Assembly (NCBI GenBank): GCA_051362555.1
Contig: CM120646.1
Coordinates: 11,160,001-11,224,000, forward strand
Length of the DNA stretch: 64,000 nt
Reading direction: 5' to 3'
Origin: Lingula anatina
Lineage: Eukaryota; Animalia; Brachiopoda
The position numbers and the translations under genes are program-made. Every line of letters starts with the position of its first letter. Within the stretch, counting starts at the first letter, position 1. The notes below the pieces were generated by a model. The model was not told where the DNA came from. It made no database searches and was given only the letters and a program-made list of their open reading frames with translations. Below are positions 49,201-62,100 of this stretch, in pieces.

Positions 49201-52200
49201 TTTGACACAATGTGACAATTTCACATAAAAGTACATAAAACAAAGCTCTTGGCATCAAGCCTTAAGATATCTTAATTTCTATCATTTATGTCTGTTTCTA
49301 AAACAGATGTGCGAGTATCTAATTATATCTGAGCAATGGTGCCATTTTCAAATTTCTACTCACCTCCAGAGAAATGCTTACGACAATTTGCTTGCAAATT
49401 TAGAATAAAATCTGGTTACACGTTCGATAATCTCATAAATGAAGGAAAGATCAAAGATGGAAAGATGACATGTTCAACAAGCTGGCTAAATGACATTGCC
49501 ATTCATGAATAGAACATTCAAGTAGCCTATAGGGTTTTTGAATATATACACATTTCTAAATCCATTACAATAATAGTACATATCAAAAACCTTACATGTA
49601 TAATTACAGTTACCATTTTCAAAGCCACAAATGCAAACTCGGTAGGTATTACATGTATGTTAGTTCTTCCTGCAGTGTATTGAGCACTTATGTTTAAATC
49701 CCATAACCCATAGTTCTCACTAAAGCACAATACATATATCACTACATCTATAAGAGTGTTTTGTTGTGGCCAAGTTGGCATCAGCTTCTTTATATGGCAA
49801 TTTTTTTAAACTGTTAATTGGTCTTGTCTTGAGTGTCTGGTGCCACCTACAACAGTGTAGCTATCATGGCAGCCAGTAACGTCAGATAAGTCAAGCTGTT
49901 CACAGCACCTGCAGGGTTACGATCTGTCACCTTCCCTGGATTATTAACTTGAACTGAAATGCAAAACATTCATGGTTAAAAAGAGTGACTGTGAAAGATT
50001 ATTCAAGAAAAATATATTATGGCAATTTAAGAGAAAATAAATAAATATAAATATGAAATATACAAAGTGTCATGGAACAGGTCAAAATGCTATTTAAAAG
50101 TTGTTTGCTAAAATAATCCCACAGACAAGAAGAAATCTCCATCATAATTTCCATATTGTTTGTTACATAAAGAGCTTAATTTCTTCTTCTCTTGGCATCA
50201 TTGTCTAACATATGCAAAAGGGAAAAAATCTAACCATTTACACATACAAATATCATAGTGTGTATATATATATAATAAACACACACACACACTAAATGGA
50301 TATGTATAAATATAAAAAAAAACTGCAACCAAAAATAAAAGGGGAAAGTTGCAGTCATGCAACTGACTATATAAGATGAGAAACCATGCATAATATTTTG
50401 ATACTGATGATAACTACAGTGAGTTCACAATAAGGATCAGAGACCTTTTCCTTGATTTTGGACAATATAGAGGTATCAATGTCCTCCCTGATATCTATGC
50501 TGCAGACATAATATCAAAAGTTAATATTTCAGATGATTATCTGACCGACTAATATGCCATTAAGACAATGAAAACCAATCTGAACAAGGGCATTGGGGAG
50601 TTTGGTAAGGAAATAGACAAAAGTTTTACTGATCACATAGGGGCTTTACTTTCCTAGCTCTATTTAGGAGCCATTTCCTTTCAAACTCAAGACAAGGGCT
50701 TCATTTTTCACAAGCTACTATGAGTGCCAGTGGCCACAAAGCAGGATTAAACATTCCAAAATGCTTTAGGTGAATGTATATGATGGTGCAGAAAAAAAAT
50801 CTATAATAAAGACAACACGTCAGTTTGCACATATGTATATAAACTACAGTCTAGAGTTGATGTTAATGTCAAGGCTACAATTTTGTGTAGGTAGTAAAAC
50901 GTTCATGCAAGATGCAAATACTTTCATACCCAGTGAGTTTTAGTAAGGTATTGAAAACTCATTACAGAAAGTTCCGTATGGACAAGATCTACTTCAGACT
51001 AGAAACTGGACAGACTTGTACATCTTTACATAACCAGATCAGTTTTGAGATGTCCATATATATATGAAGACTCTTTGAAATCTTGGGTTGGTTTTCATGA
51101 AGTGATAGTTAGCTTGCAACTGCTGTTACAATTTTGTTTGCGAAATATGGCCACTAGATGGCACTTGTGGGCATGAATTCCAGTCTAAAGTGGTCCTGTT
51201 TGAACTGTTCTCTGTGGACATGCACAAGCTGAGGTTCACTGGAAGAGCTGACAGTGAGTTCACAAAGTCCTGCTAAACTAATGATCCATCTCCCAGTTTC
51301 ATTTGCCAAATTTATTGGTGAATTTCTAAACAAATTTACCAAAACAAACCACATCAGAGGGAAATGTTGGCTGACAATGGAATTGTGATATGTAGATCCT
51401 GGTGAATCATGTGCTATTTTATGCCCAAGTTCTTATTAACATATCTGTATGTGTCACAGCCAGAGAAGACCGCTTGAAAACTTGGAAGTTTAGAACTGAG
51501 TGGTTTATAATAAAAACATACTGTCATTTAAGACTATTTAGAAAGTGTACAAAAAGAGAAAAAAACAAAAAAGGACTGAATGAAAAAAAAAACATACTGT
51601 TTGTGAAACATACATTCAATACTTCAACAAACTACACTTGACTTCCAGTAACTTGTCATTTTCCCTTTATATCTATTCCAGTTAAACACATAAGAAAAAT
51701 AAATCTGATAACTTGGTCTACAAAAGTATCCCCAATACCAAAACTTTTTTAACCAAGGGGGAATGACATCTAACAAATATTGTTTAAGATAATGTGCCAA
51801 ACACTATTGGGAATGTAGGTTTCCCACTATGGGATAATGACTATTACGGTTCTTTATAAAAAGGAACCCACTACAAAATGGGTATCTCCAAAAACTTCCC
51901 ATTTCCACATCAGCTGGTTGGCTTTTCCACCCCAGTGGCAAATGCTACTATTTCTATCACTGTTTTAACTGACAAGTGTTGTAAAGCATTTTCATTTGAG
52001 GCAATTTCTGTTGTACACCATGCAGCATTTCTTTTCATAAACAGCACAGCAATAGAGTGATAAAAATGATTACAATCTAATAATGAAATAACGTTATTGA
52101 AGTTCGCATCCATAGCAACCATCCCATAGTAGTAACCAACTTTCCTACCTTGACTAAGAAGTGAGTGTTCATGCAACAGAGTCATTTTAGAGATTTAGAA

Positions 52201-53136
52201 CATTTTTCTCAGATGAACTGTCAAAGCAGAACAGGTTTGAGGCACTACACAATTACTTAATGTTCAACAAGCAGAAATAACTTCTTGAAATCAGAAATCT
52301 TAATCTAAATGTGAAGCAATGCCCACTTTTTAGTCTTCTTCAAAATCTGCTACTGGGCAAACAAAAATGTTGCATCATTTTTTTTTTCTTTTTTTTCTTT
52401 TGAAACAGTTGACACTAAAAGAAAAATTAAAATGTCAATCAATGGCAGTTTTTTGCATATCAACGACACACCATTATTCCCCCTTCCCCTTTTTTAAAGG
52501 AACTAACCATAAAGGGAATGAGGCCTTTAACAAGTCAAACAATGTGCCTGCCTGTTACATATTTTTCTGCTTTGACGACATGCCAATCAGATGCATTCAT
52601 TTTGAGATCTCATGCAACTGAGACTGGAATACTAGACTAAGCATACCCTCATTCAAAAGTGGAACAATAGTCGAAACTGACAATAAGAAAAGAGACGGTG
52701 CACATGATAAAATAAATAAATAAATACTGGAATTAAACTTACCTAGGTATGAATGTGCATGAATCACGAGCAAACTGCGTTAAATCACATCACGAGTGCG
52801 TTTTTCGAAAATTTCTGCCTCTTGCATAGAAAAAGGATCACTTCAGATTGTTCAAAATCATTTCACAGCAAATGAATTTTTTAGTAGTAATTAGGTAAAT
52901 CAAAGTGTGTTACTTGAAACAATGAACGTCAAGGTAGGAAAGTAATTTCAAAGTGCTTCTTATCTTTTTTCTCTTTCTTTCACCAACCCTGCAACTTGGA
53001 ATAAGTGTGCACTTACAATATCTTGCCAAAAAATCATATCATACATGATTGAGAAGTCTATAACAGTAGGTCTATAAATCATGAAAATAACTTTTTTTTT
53101 TCAAAATCTTAAACCAGTTGGGTACTTACAATTTGA

Positions 53137-53180
<44 letters not shown>

Positions 53181-55572
53181 TATCCAACATCACTACTTAA
53201 TTATGATAACTAAACCTACATAACCATTAACTAAAAATTTACCCCCTCTCCAAACAAAGGACAACTTGCAAGATAAAGGTAATCAATTACACAAAAGTGA
53301 AAGGAATATTTCAGTGGGTGACCATGAGCTGCAATATTAATAAACGGACTAAGAAGCACCTTGATTTTCTACAGTTATCCCATCTTCTGTCATCTCTTCA
53401 CCTTTACACCTGCCACGTGAATACCAACAGTGATCAGCAGATAGAAAACAAAAATTCCAGGACATTTTATTCTATCAATAGTCTGATATAAATCTGTCAT
53501 GATAACTATCAGACAAGAAAATGGCTGGAAATATTATTTTCATGTATTAACGCAATAATAAACAAAGAGCCTTATTTCCCGTATGTTTAAATAAATTGAA
53601 ATCACTCAAGAGTTTTCAAAGGTGGAAGGGGGCGTGGTTCTATTGCCATGTGATCACTGTTGCTCTATTGTTAGTATAACTGACAACACTAAAAAATATT
53701 GTAATTTTTAACAAAACTGTTATGCTCATCAACACTTGTAATTAATTGTAAGTAAAAACAAGATCGGCGTCTACTATAAAGTTTCACAAAATTTAAGACA
53801 ACACAAAGCAGCCCATATTCCAAGTTAACTGGATGTTCTGTTAAATATTCACATAAAGGACAGTAACAGGGTTTCCTCGCCCATATGTAGATAATCCAAA
53901 ATACATTTGCACCAGTACAATCACGAAAAAGCAAACTTACAACTCTGAGGGGTAAACACAAAACTGATCACATGAAAACAGGATATTTGGTAGACTAATA
54001 AGACACAGGACACAAAAATTTGTTGAAAACAAGGACTGTTCTACTGAACAACCTTCACTACGGCCCATACAACAGTTGAATTCCTTACTTAACTAACAAC
54101 AAAAGGCAAGAATGTCTACCAGTTTTGTACACAAACAGTAAGACCACCTTTGATTTAATATATCATTTCATCTATAGTCCTTAAAGTATCAACAAGCTAT
54201 GTCAACCTGTAAAATATCTTAAAGGGAGGTATTTCAAGTCAATCTCACCTGTAGATAAACAGGTATGACATAGTACATGATCTAATACTACAACAGCTTG
54301 CAGTGTACAAAATTATGTAAATATTTATAAGAAAATTTTTGCTTCATCATAGTATCTAATGCTTTTCATACTTTCTGTACTTCTTATACAGAAAAGGATT
54401 GTTTGAGAATGTTCAAAATCTTTTTTTTTTTGTTAGATTCCAATGTAAAGAAGAAGGGGTAGGGCTGAGAAGGGAAAACACAAAACTTGGTGAAAACAAA
54501 ACGAAAACAGGGCAAAAACTCCAGAAACTGCCTGGGGGAAAAATGAACACAAAATGCTACAAAAATTAACAGCTGTGCTGCAATGTTAAAATGTGTTATG
54601 AAGAGACCACATAAAACCATCTTTTGTTTTTTTTTCTTTTAAAAATAAATAAGTGGGAAAAAATTCAAATCAAAGTATTGCTGTAGAGTTTTGGATCAAA
54701 ACATCCATCTGCAACAAGATGCATTATAATAACAAATATTTACATCATCTAGACTGTCATCAAGCAGAGATGTTAGTCAAATAAATACAAAAAATAAAGT
54801 CCTTGAATATATGATAAATAGTATTAATATCAAAATTCACTTTACATGCCTATAATATACACAAGTCAAAAATGCATTTAAAAAGGACTTTAATTTAGTC
54901 TGCTGTATTCTATTTTCAAACAGTTGCTACTAAGATAGGATTTAAATGCAACATATTAAAAGGAAAATCTAAGTTTTGGCTTAATCATTTCAACAAAGAT
55001 GTATCATATAATTATTTTTCAAGGTTGGTGTCTCAAGGAGATTCTAAGTCACCTACAGGCGAGTGAAAAGAATTCAATAAACGCAGTGTTGTCATAAATT
55101 AAATTTAAAATAAATCTTATGTGAATTTTAAATAAATTGTGGAGCAATTTCCAATAACTATAATCAATTTGCCAGCAGTCAGATGAAACAATAGCCACAT
55201 AAAAGTCTAAATTATCTGTTGACTCTTTAAGTATTAAAGCTATATACAACCTATGCACACTGGCCTATAAAATGTCTTTAACGAAAAATAAAAACTTTAT
55301 AAAAGATACTTGGACATCAATATTTGCATGTTATTCACAATGCAATTTACTTAATGCGTAGTAAAGGTGCAAACACTAACAAATACGTTTTCTTTTTTGC
55401 AGTAATTGTTTCAAACTCATCTCAATGATAATTGCTCTGAACATATATATCAACTAGAAGGAGCCTGACACAACAACAACAAAATGTCTTTTTCAACTGA
55501 AAAACTTAAAACTGCACAAAATCATACAAATAAATAACCTAAGTGCAATGCCTTGTTTTCATAATCGTTTCA

Positions 55573-55623
<51 letters not shown>

Positions 55624-58600
55624 GTCACCATGATAAACTCACCTTTCATGGTCTTGAAAAATGCTGACTGTCCTTCAGAAGCCCCCTTGTTGTTATTGGC
55701 CAACACTTGAACCTCGTACCAAGAGTCAGGGTTAAGCTGAGTAAGGGTCATCACTCTTCGTTCAGGCCTCAGAACCTCTACCGTCTTCCATTCTCCCTCA
55801 GAGTCTGGCTTGACATTTGGGACATCTCCTGCACCTTCCTCCATTTCAACCTGAAGATAAAGAGACAATGTTAAATGAAGCAAAGCTATTCTTTTTTACA
55901 AACCTGCTCATATGCTACCCTCTACCAGGGAAACATATTGATTTTTCACAAGCATTTTCACAGATATGTCTTCAGATAGACAGACATTTGGCTCTCTGTC
56001 ACTTTAACAAATTTCCCTTTAAAATCTACCAAGTGAGCTAGCTTTCCAAGTGCAGCTACATATTGGCCAATAAAATTAGGGTTATTTGCTTTGCAATTTT
56101 AAAATCCACAGCCATTGCAGTGCTTTTCCATCAAACAATATTCACATAAAAATACTTTAACACATACTAAAAAGATAAAATAAAAAACCTCTGTTTGTGT
56201 GTGTACTGAATCTCTTTTGACTATCATTTCACATCATAACTTATCTGTCCTGACAGAACTCACTTTCTTCTCCATTTTCATCTATGATGTCTGATCCTCA
56301 AAGGACTCACCACCCTTTATTTGATAGTGTAACTTAGTATCTGTGATCCTCAAATGACTAACTTCCCTGTACTTACTGTCGTAACTTATTTGTGAACCTC
56401 AAATGACTCACCGTCCTGTACTTGATGGTGTAACTTTGGATCACTGATCCCCCGTTCTGAGGCCTGTCCCAGGCCACTGTGTATTTGTCAGAATCTGGAC
56501 TGTTCTTGGGAGAGGTGATGGAGACTGGTTCAGGGACACCTGGAAATAAAAATTGGCAAGTGAAGATTCCATCGTAAAATTTCCATAGTTTAGTGAGATT
56601 AAACCAGTTCAAAGACATTTTATCCTGGAAAAAAAAACTGTTGACGGCAGAATTATCATTTAGAAAAAAAAGAAAAAATTTCTATTTGTCCTCAACCTTG
56701 TAATTTAAAATATTTTAAAAAGTATTAGGATACTTATACTACAAACCTATAATGAAAAAAAAAAAAAAAAGAAAGAAAAAAAAAAGGTTTGTCTCTACAT
56801 TTGTTATCTAGGCCACTTACTGACTTCCAATGTTCGGGATTCTATCTCTTTTGGATCACCCTGTCCTACTTCATTGACGGCCATTACCCTGATGTTGTAA
56901 GCTGTATCAGGTCTCAGGTCCCTTATCACTATTTCATCTCCTGAATAGAAAATACCACACAAAATTTGTCAAGGAAATGCCTTTGAGTGATGTAATTTTT
57001 AAAAAATGTCAGTAAAAAAGGTATTAGTTCAGAAAATTTCAGATGAACATCACAAGGATATAGCCTCAAAGTCATTTTCTTTCCTTTCCTTCAACCTTTA
57101 AATACTAAGAGCAACATGTTACAGAGGTGACAAGAGACAGAGCTTAAAAAACAATCTCTGAGACGACCAGGGCCACCCTGACCACATCTGGGCACCTACA
57201 ATGTTCAGGTGGCCCATTTTTCCCTCATCATCAACAAAATGGCAAGCAAAATTGCCCAAAATACCAATTATGCTACACAAATACTGTACTTCTAAAGCGT
57301 GAACTACTACAACCTAGGTTAAAGTTGCTTGTCTTTTCATCTCCTGCGTCACTGGTGCCAAATACAATAAAGTATCCGCTGACAGGGGGGCCTCCTTGGT
57401 TCAAAGGGGTGGACACGGACAGTTGGACTGTAGTCGGGGTACTGCCCAGTACATCAATGGACGCAGGTGGACCAGGGACAGCTGAGGTTGGAAGAGATTA
57501 AAATTTAGTTCACTCTTACAACAATCAGTTTTTCTGTTCTTTATTAAAAGAAATTGGTCAACAGTATGAGGATGCAACCGTTCAGACAATCTTTTTTTTT
57601 TTTTTCTTTTAAACTAAGCAGCAGTCAACCATATTTACAACATCAAGAACAAACATTAACAGCTCTATATTTTTGGATTCTAATAATGGCTGTAAATACT
57701 TCAAACCATCCAATCATGTAATCTTAAAAACTTTCTTACTCTAAATTCAAATTTAAGAAGCAAGAATGCTGACAAATGTACGCAGGATCCATCACATGGT
57801 AAAGACAGAAAAATGTAATGAAATCTAGTTTCAGGACACTTGCTCCAAACCTCCAACACACCTACAAGCAAAGTTCAAATTGCACTCGATCTATCACCTC
57901 ACTGAAAGCTTAAGCATATACTCACTGGCTTCATTGAGCCTGATTTCATGCGAGTCCCTGCCATAATCATTAGAAGCATTACACCGGTAGTCGCCAAATA
58001 CCCAATACTTGTTGGAACTTAACACTGTGACCTGAGAAAATATAATATAACATTAACAGTTACTGCTTTCTTAGATTTCTGCTCACCTGATCTTTCATCA
58101 TATTTCAATGCAGACAAGATACCACTGATTTTGCCGTTTTTTTGTTTGTTTGTTTGTTTGTTCTCTCTCTCTCCCCCCCCCCCCCCCCCCCCAAAAAAAA
58201 AAAATCCTTATTTTGTACATATTACATTATATGCCCTTATATCCAATGCCCTTTCTATCCGATAATGCATTTTACTTGGGCTACACATTATATTGTTATA
58301 GCACATGACTTTTTGAGAGAAGATCAGTACACAGTACTCACAGACAGGTTACTAACAAGCCCCATGTTGTGAATTTCGTAAGTCTCATTGGGCGTGATGG
58401 GAAGGTTGTTCCTGAACCAAATCCAGGATCCAGGAAGAGGCTCCGCCTCCACTATGCAGGTGAGGTTCCTCTTGAAGGGCTGGCTGGCCAACCAGTGATA
58501 CTTCACATCTGGCACCTTCATCTTCACAAATGTTGGTTTATCTGGAAGTGAAATTAATTAATTCTTACAGTGAAGCTGGTACCTAATTTGTTACTGTACG

Positions 58601-59011
58601 CAAGACCTATGCCACCTTTTGAATTAATGAGTTCCTTTTTCACTTGGTTTTGAGCTTTCTGCTTTAAAAGGTGAATGATAAATGATTAGTTATGGAATTC
58701 AATGTAAACACTTACAGTGCACAATGATGGTCCCATTTCTCCTGTCAAATCCTCCCGTATTATTCGCAAAGCAAGTGTAGTTTCCACGGTCATCCTCCTT
58801 TGTGGCAGTGATGGTCATTTTCAGACTTGTGTATTCGCCACTTTCGCTCTTCTCCAGGGTGATGCGAGAGTCAGACTAGGTAAGACAACAGGGAAAGTTA
58901 TCAAATTATAATGATTTTTTGGGGAGGTAAATATGGCACTCTCACTGTTCTTCAGGATGTGGAAAGAGTTGGACAGGACTGAATGAGCGAGTAAGAAAAA
59001 AGTAAGTAAGG

Positions 59012-59064
<53 letters not shown>

Positions 59065-59098
59065 CAAGAGAGAGAGAGAGAGAAATACCACAAGAGAT

Positions 59099-59134
<36 letters not shown>

Positions 59135-62100
59135 TGTGTGTGTGTGTGTATGAAAGAGAGAGAGGGAGGGAGAGAGAGAGAGAGGAGGGGGTTGTGTATA
59201 CTTACTGCTTGGGTGGGGTAGACATAGGGGGCAGCATTCCCCACTTTGTGGAAGGAGATATCCATAGGTCTGTCCCCAATCACAGAGCAGAACAGGTCTA
59301 CCGTGTCCCCCTTCTTCACTGTCTTGTTTTCAAGTCTTTCAATCATGGCTGGAACTGGAACACAAATGGAAATGTTTATAAAACAACTATTATCTTATTT
59401 TTATAAATTTATAAGAACTTAATTAAAAGAACATAATAACGTCTCATTTTTTCATATCACCCTTTTATCTTTCTGTCAAAAAATATAAATAAAACTTAAA
59501 TTTCAAAATCATAAACATCAATTACAAGTCTAACAACTCTTCATTTTGGTGGGGAAAATGTCATAAAACGAACTTTTCTAGGGGTAAACAAAAATTTTCC
59601 CATACTTTCCAATGATTAATGAATACCTTCTTACTTTCAAAGTTAGTGGATTGTTTTTATGATTTAAGAATTTTTATTTTTGTTAAAATCTCTTACTAGA
59701 TTATTACCTAGGTTAGCCAACCATGTAGGTCCATATGTTCCGATGGCAAGCACAGATTTCAAAATAATGGTGATAACCACCATTTTGGTGGTAAAATGGA
59801 ATTTATTATATTTCTAAGTGTTGTATACAATGTATTTATTGCATTGGAATTTTGAGTTGAAATTAGGAGTTATTTTCCCTTTAGGTATCAAACACAAGAA
59901 CAATTTTTTTCACAAATTTTACTATAATGTTGTAATAACCAAACAAACAAAGAAGACTACACTTACTGACAACTTTCAGGTTAGCCGTCCCAGACACAAG
60001 GACGTCATCATCAGGGGTGGCTGGGTCACCCAAATCCACCACAGCCTCACAGGTGTAAGGCCCTTCATCCAGCCTCTGGATATTCCTGATCACAAGCTCT
60101 CCGGACTCTCTGTACATGCTGATACGGGATTCCTGAGAGATGTCACGGAAGTCGGTCGAGTCCCGGGAAGACCCCTGCAGCGCAAGAATTATGTGGAAAC
60201 TTACTATCACCTTGTTACACCATTTTCTTTGTCTATTTGTCAATAACCTCTTGTTCTATTAAGATTATTATATTTAAGTAATTCAATCACTTGCAGTACC
60301 AAAAAGAAAAATTTTTCCACATGACCAATAATACCAATATTTGGTCTACTAAGGGTAAGTTACATAAATTAACTTTTCGGGGATAAGTAAGCATTTATGT
60401 GTGAGAGCCGAGCCGAGCCGAGACCCCCCCCTCCCCCCCCCCTGTAAAATCCCTCGAATATTTTCTTAGTGTAGATTTAAACTGATGATCTTAACTGTCC
60501 TTACTCTTCTTTTAGAAGGACAATTTTAAAAGCAGGGATTACTTAAAAAAAGAAGGTTGTACGAAACCACCACACTTCCAAAAAAAAAAAAAAAAAAACT
60601 AACCTTGTACCATGTGTAGGAAGGTTTGGGCTTTCCAGTTGCATTGCAGAACATCTTTACTTCCTGCATGAGAACACCTTCTGTGTACTTGGGCTTGGTT
60701 TTCCAGACAGGGGGCACTAGAATGAATGAATGAATGAATGAATGAATGAACACAAAGCCTTGAATAACACACTCTACCACTACCATGTCAGAATTATTTT
60801 CACAATGTCATGCACAACTGGAAAAGTACTCAAGAGTGAAATATGGTAGTTGAGACACACATCCATTTAGCAACGCCACTGGCCCTGTCTCACAATGGTG
60901 AAGAATCCTTGAAGAAGAAGCCTTTAAAAATTATTTGGATCACCACCAAAATCTAATCGCTTTTAAATCAGTCCATTTGTGACCTTTCCTGTAACTTTAT
61001 CAAAATCCTTCCATAACTTTTGGAGCAGGGCTTACAGTTCAGTTTTTTTTTTATATATACTTTTATAATAACCACCATCCTCACCAATGACTTCTACAGA
61101 TATTCTCCTGGAGTCCAGCACTGCCAGTTCTGGCTGGGAAGCCTTGCAGTTATAAAACCCTTCTTCATTCACTGACGTCACATTGGTAATGCGCAACCCA
61201 CCCTCCTCAAATTGATACTTGGAACCTATAAAGATTATAGATTTTAAGATTATATGAGGATGCAATAGCCTTACTAACAGTAGTTGAGTGGTAGCTTTCT
61301 GAGATTGCCATAGGAGCAAATTTAACCCGTTTGTCAATTGAGTTTAGCAACTTTCAACCAAAATCCTAAGTCTACTCTATTAAAGGGTCAAAAAAGCAAA
61401 TAATTCATCTCTTAAAAATGAGGCTGGCTGTTTACTTTCTTTCCAGTCAGGAATATGAAAAATCTGGCAGACAAAATCTGAAAAACCATGCAAGACAAAC
61501 TTTCAGTATAATTCCACTGTGAAATGGTTCAAGCAGTTTAAGAGTGGGTTTTCTACATACCTGAAGTAATCCCCACAATGGTATTGCTGTCTTTCTGCTG
61601 GAAGTCCCATGTAACTCTGGGGCTTGGGCTGCCAGTAACAACACACTTGATAAATCCCTCTCTATTTAATACAATCCTTTGGGATGAAGGAACGTCTACA
61701 AACTTTACATTTTCTGTAAAAGAGAGGTAATGTTACCTTATTATAAAAGTTACTGCTACATTACTTGTTTCCTGGGCTTGGCAGTAACTTTTTTAGCCAC
61801 TTGCCCTTCCTCCAGAACAATGACATTTTAGAACTTGAGATATTAATGGAGAAGAGAGATATTGGTAAATATTAAAGGAGTTACTAGCCCTATAGGCCAT
61901 TAACTCCTGTGATTCGCTGGTCTCCCGAGATAGGTCTTCAGTGGCCCCGGGCCAGCAGGGCACCGTCATTGTGGATCCCTCAGGCAGGCAAATTCTATGA
62001 ACAGTTTTGAGGAGAAAAAAAGTGTGGGTTAAACCCAAGTACAGGTCTGTTTTTATACCACTTTAGCAAAATGGTCCACTTTCTCAGAAAGAAATGCTGT

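Noticed and set aside
39706-55642. Apparent enrichment of RBFOX TGCATG motifs in the alternatively spliced interval
   Set aside because: A rough count by eye gave about 15 on the sense strand but about 11 on the opposite strand, so strand-specific enrichment is not shown. Only exon-proximal copies were kept as weak support.
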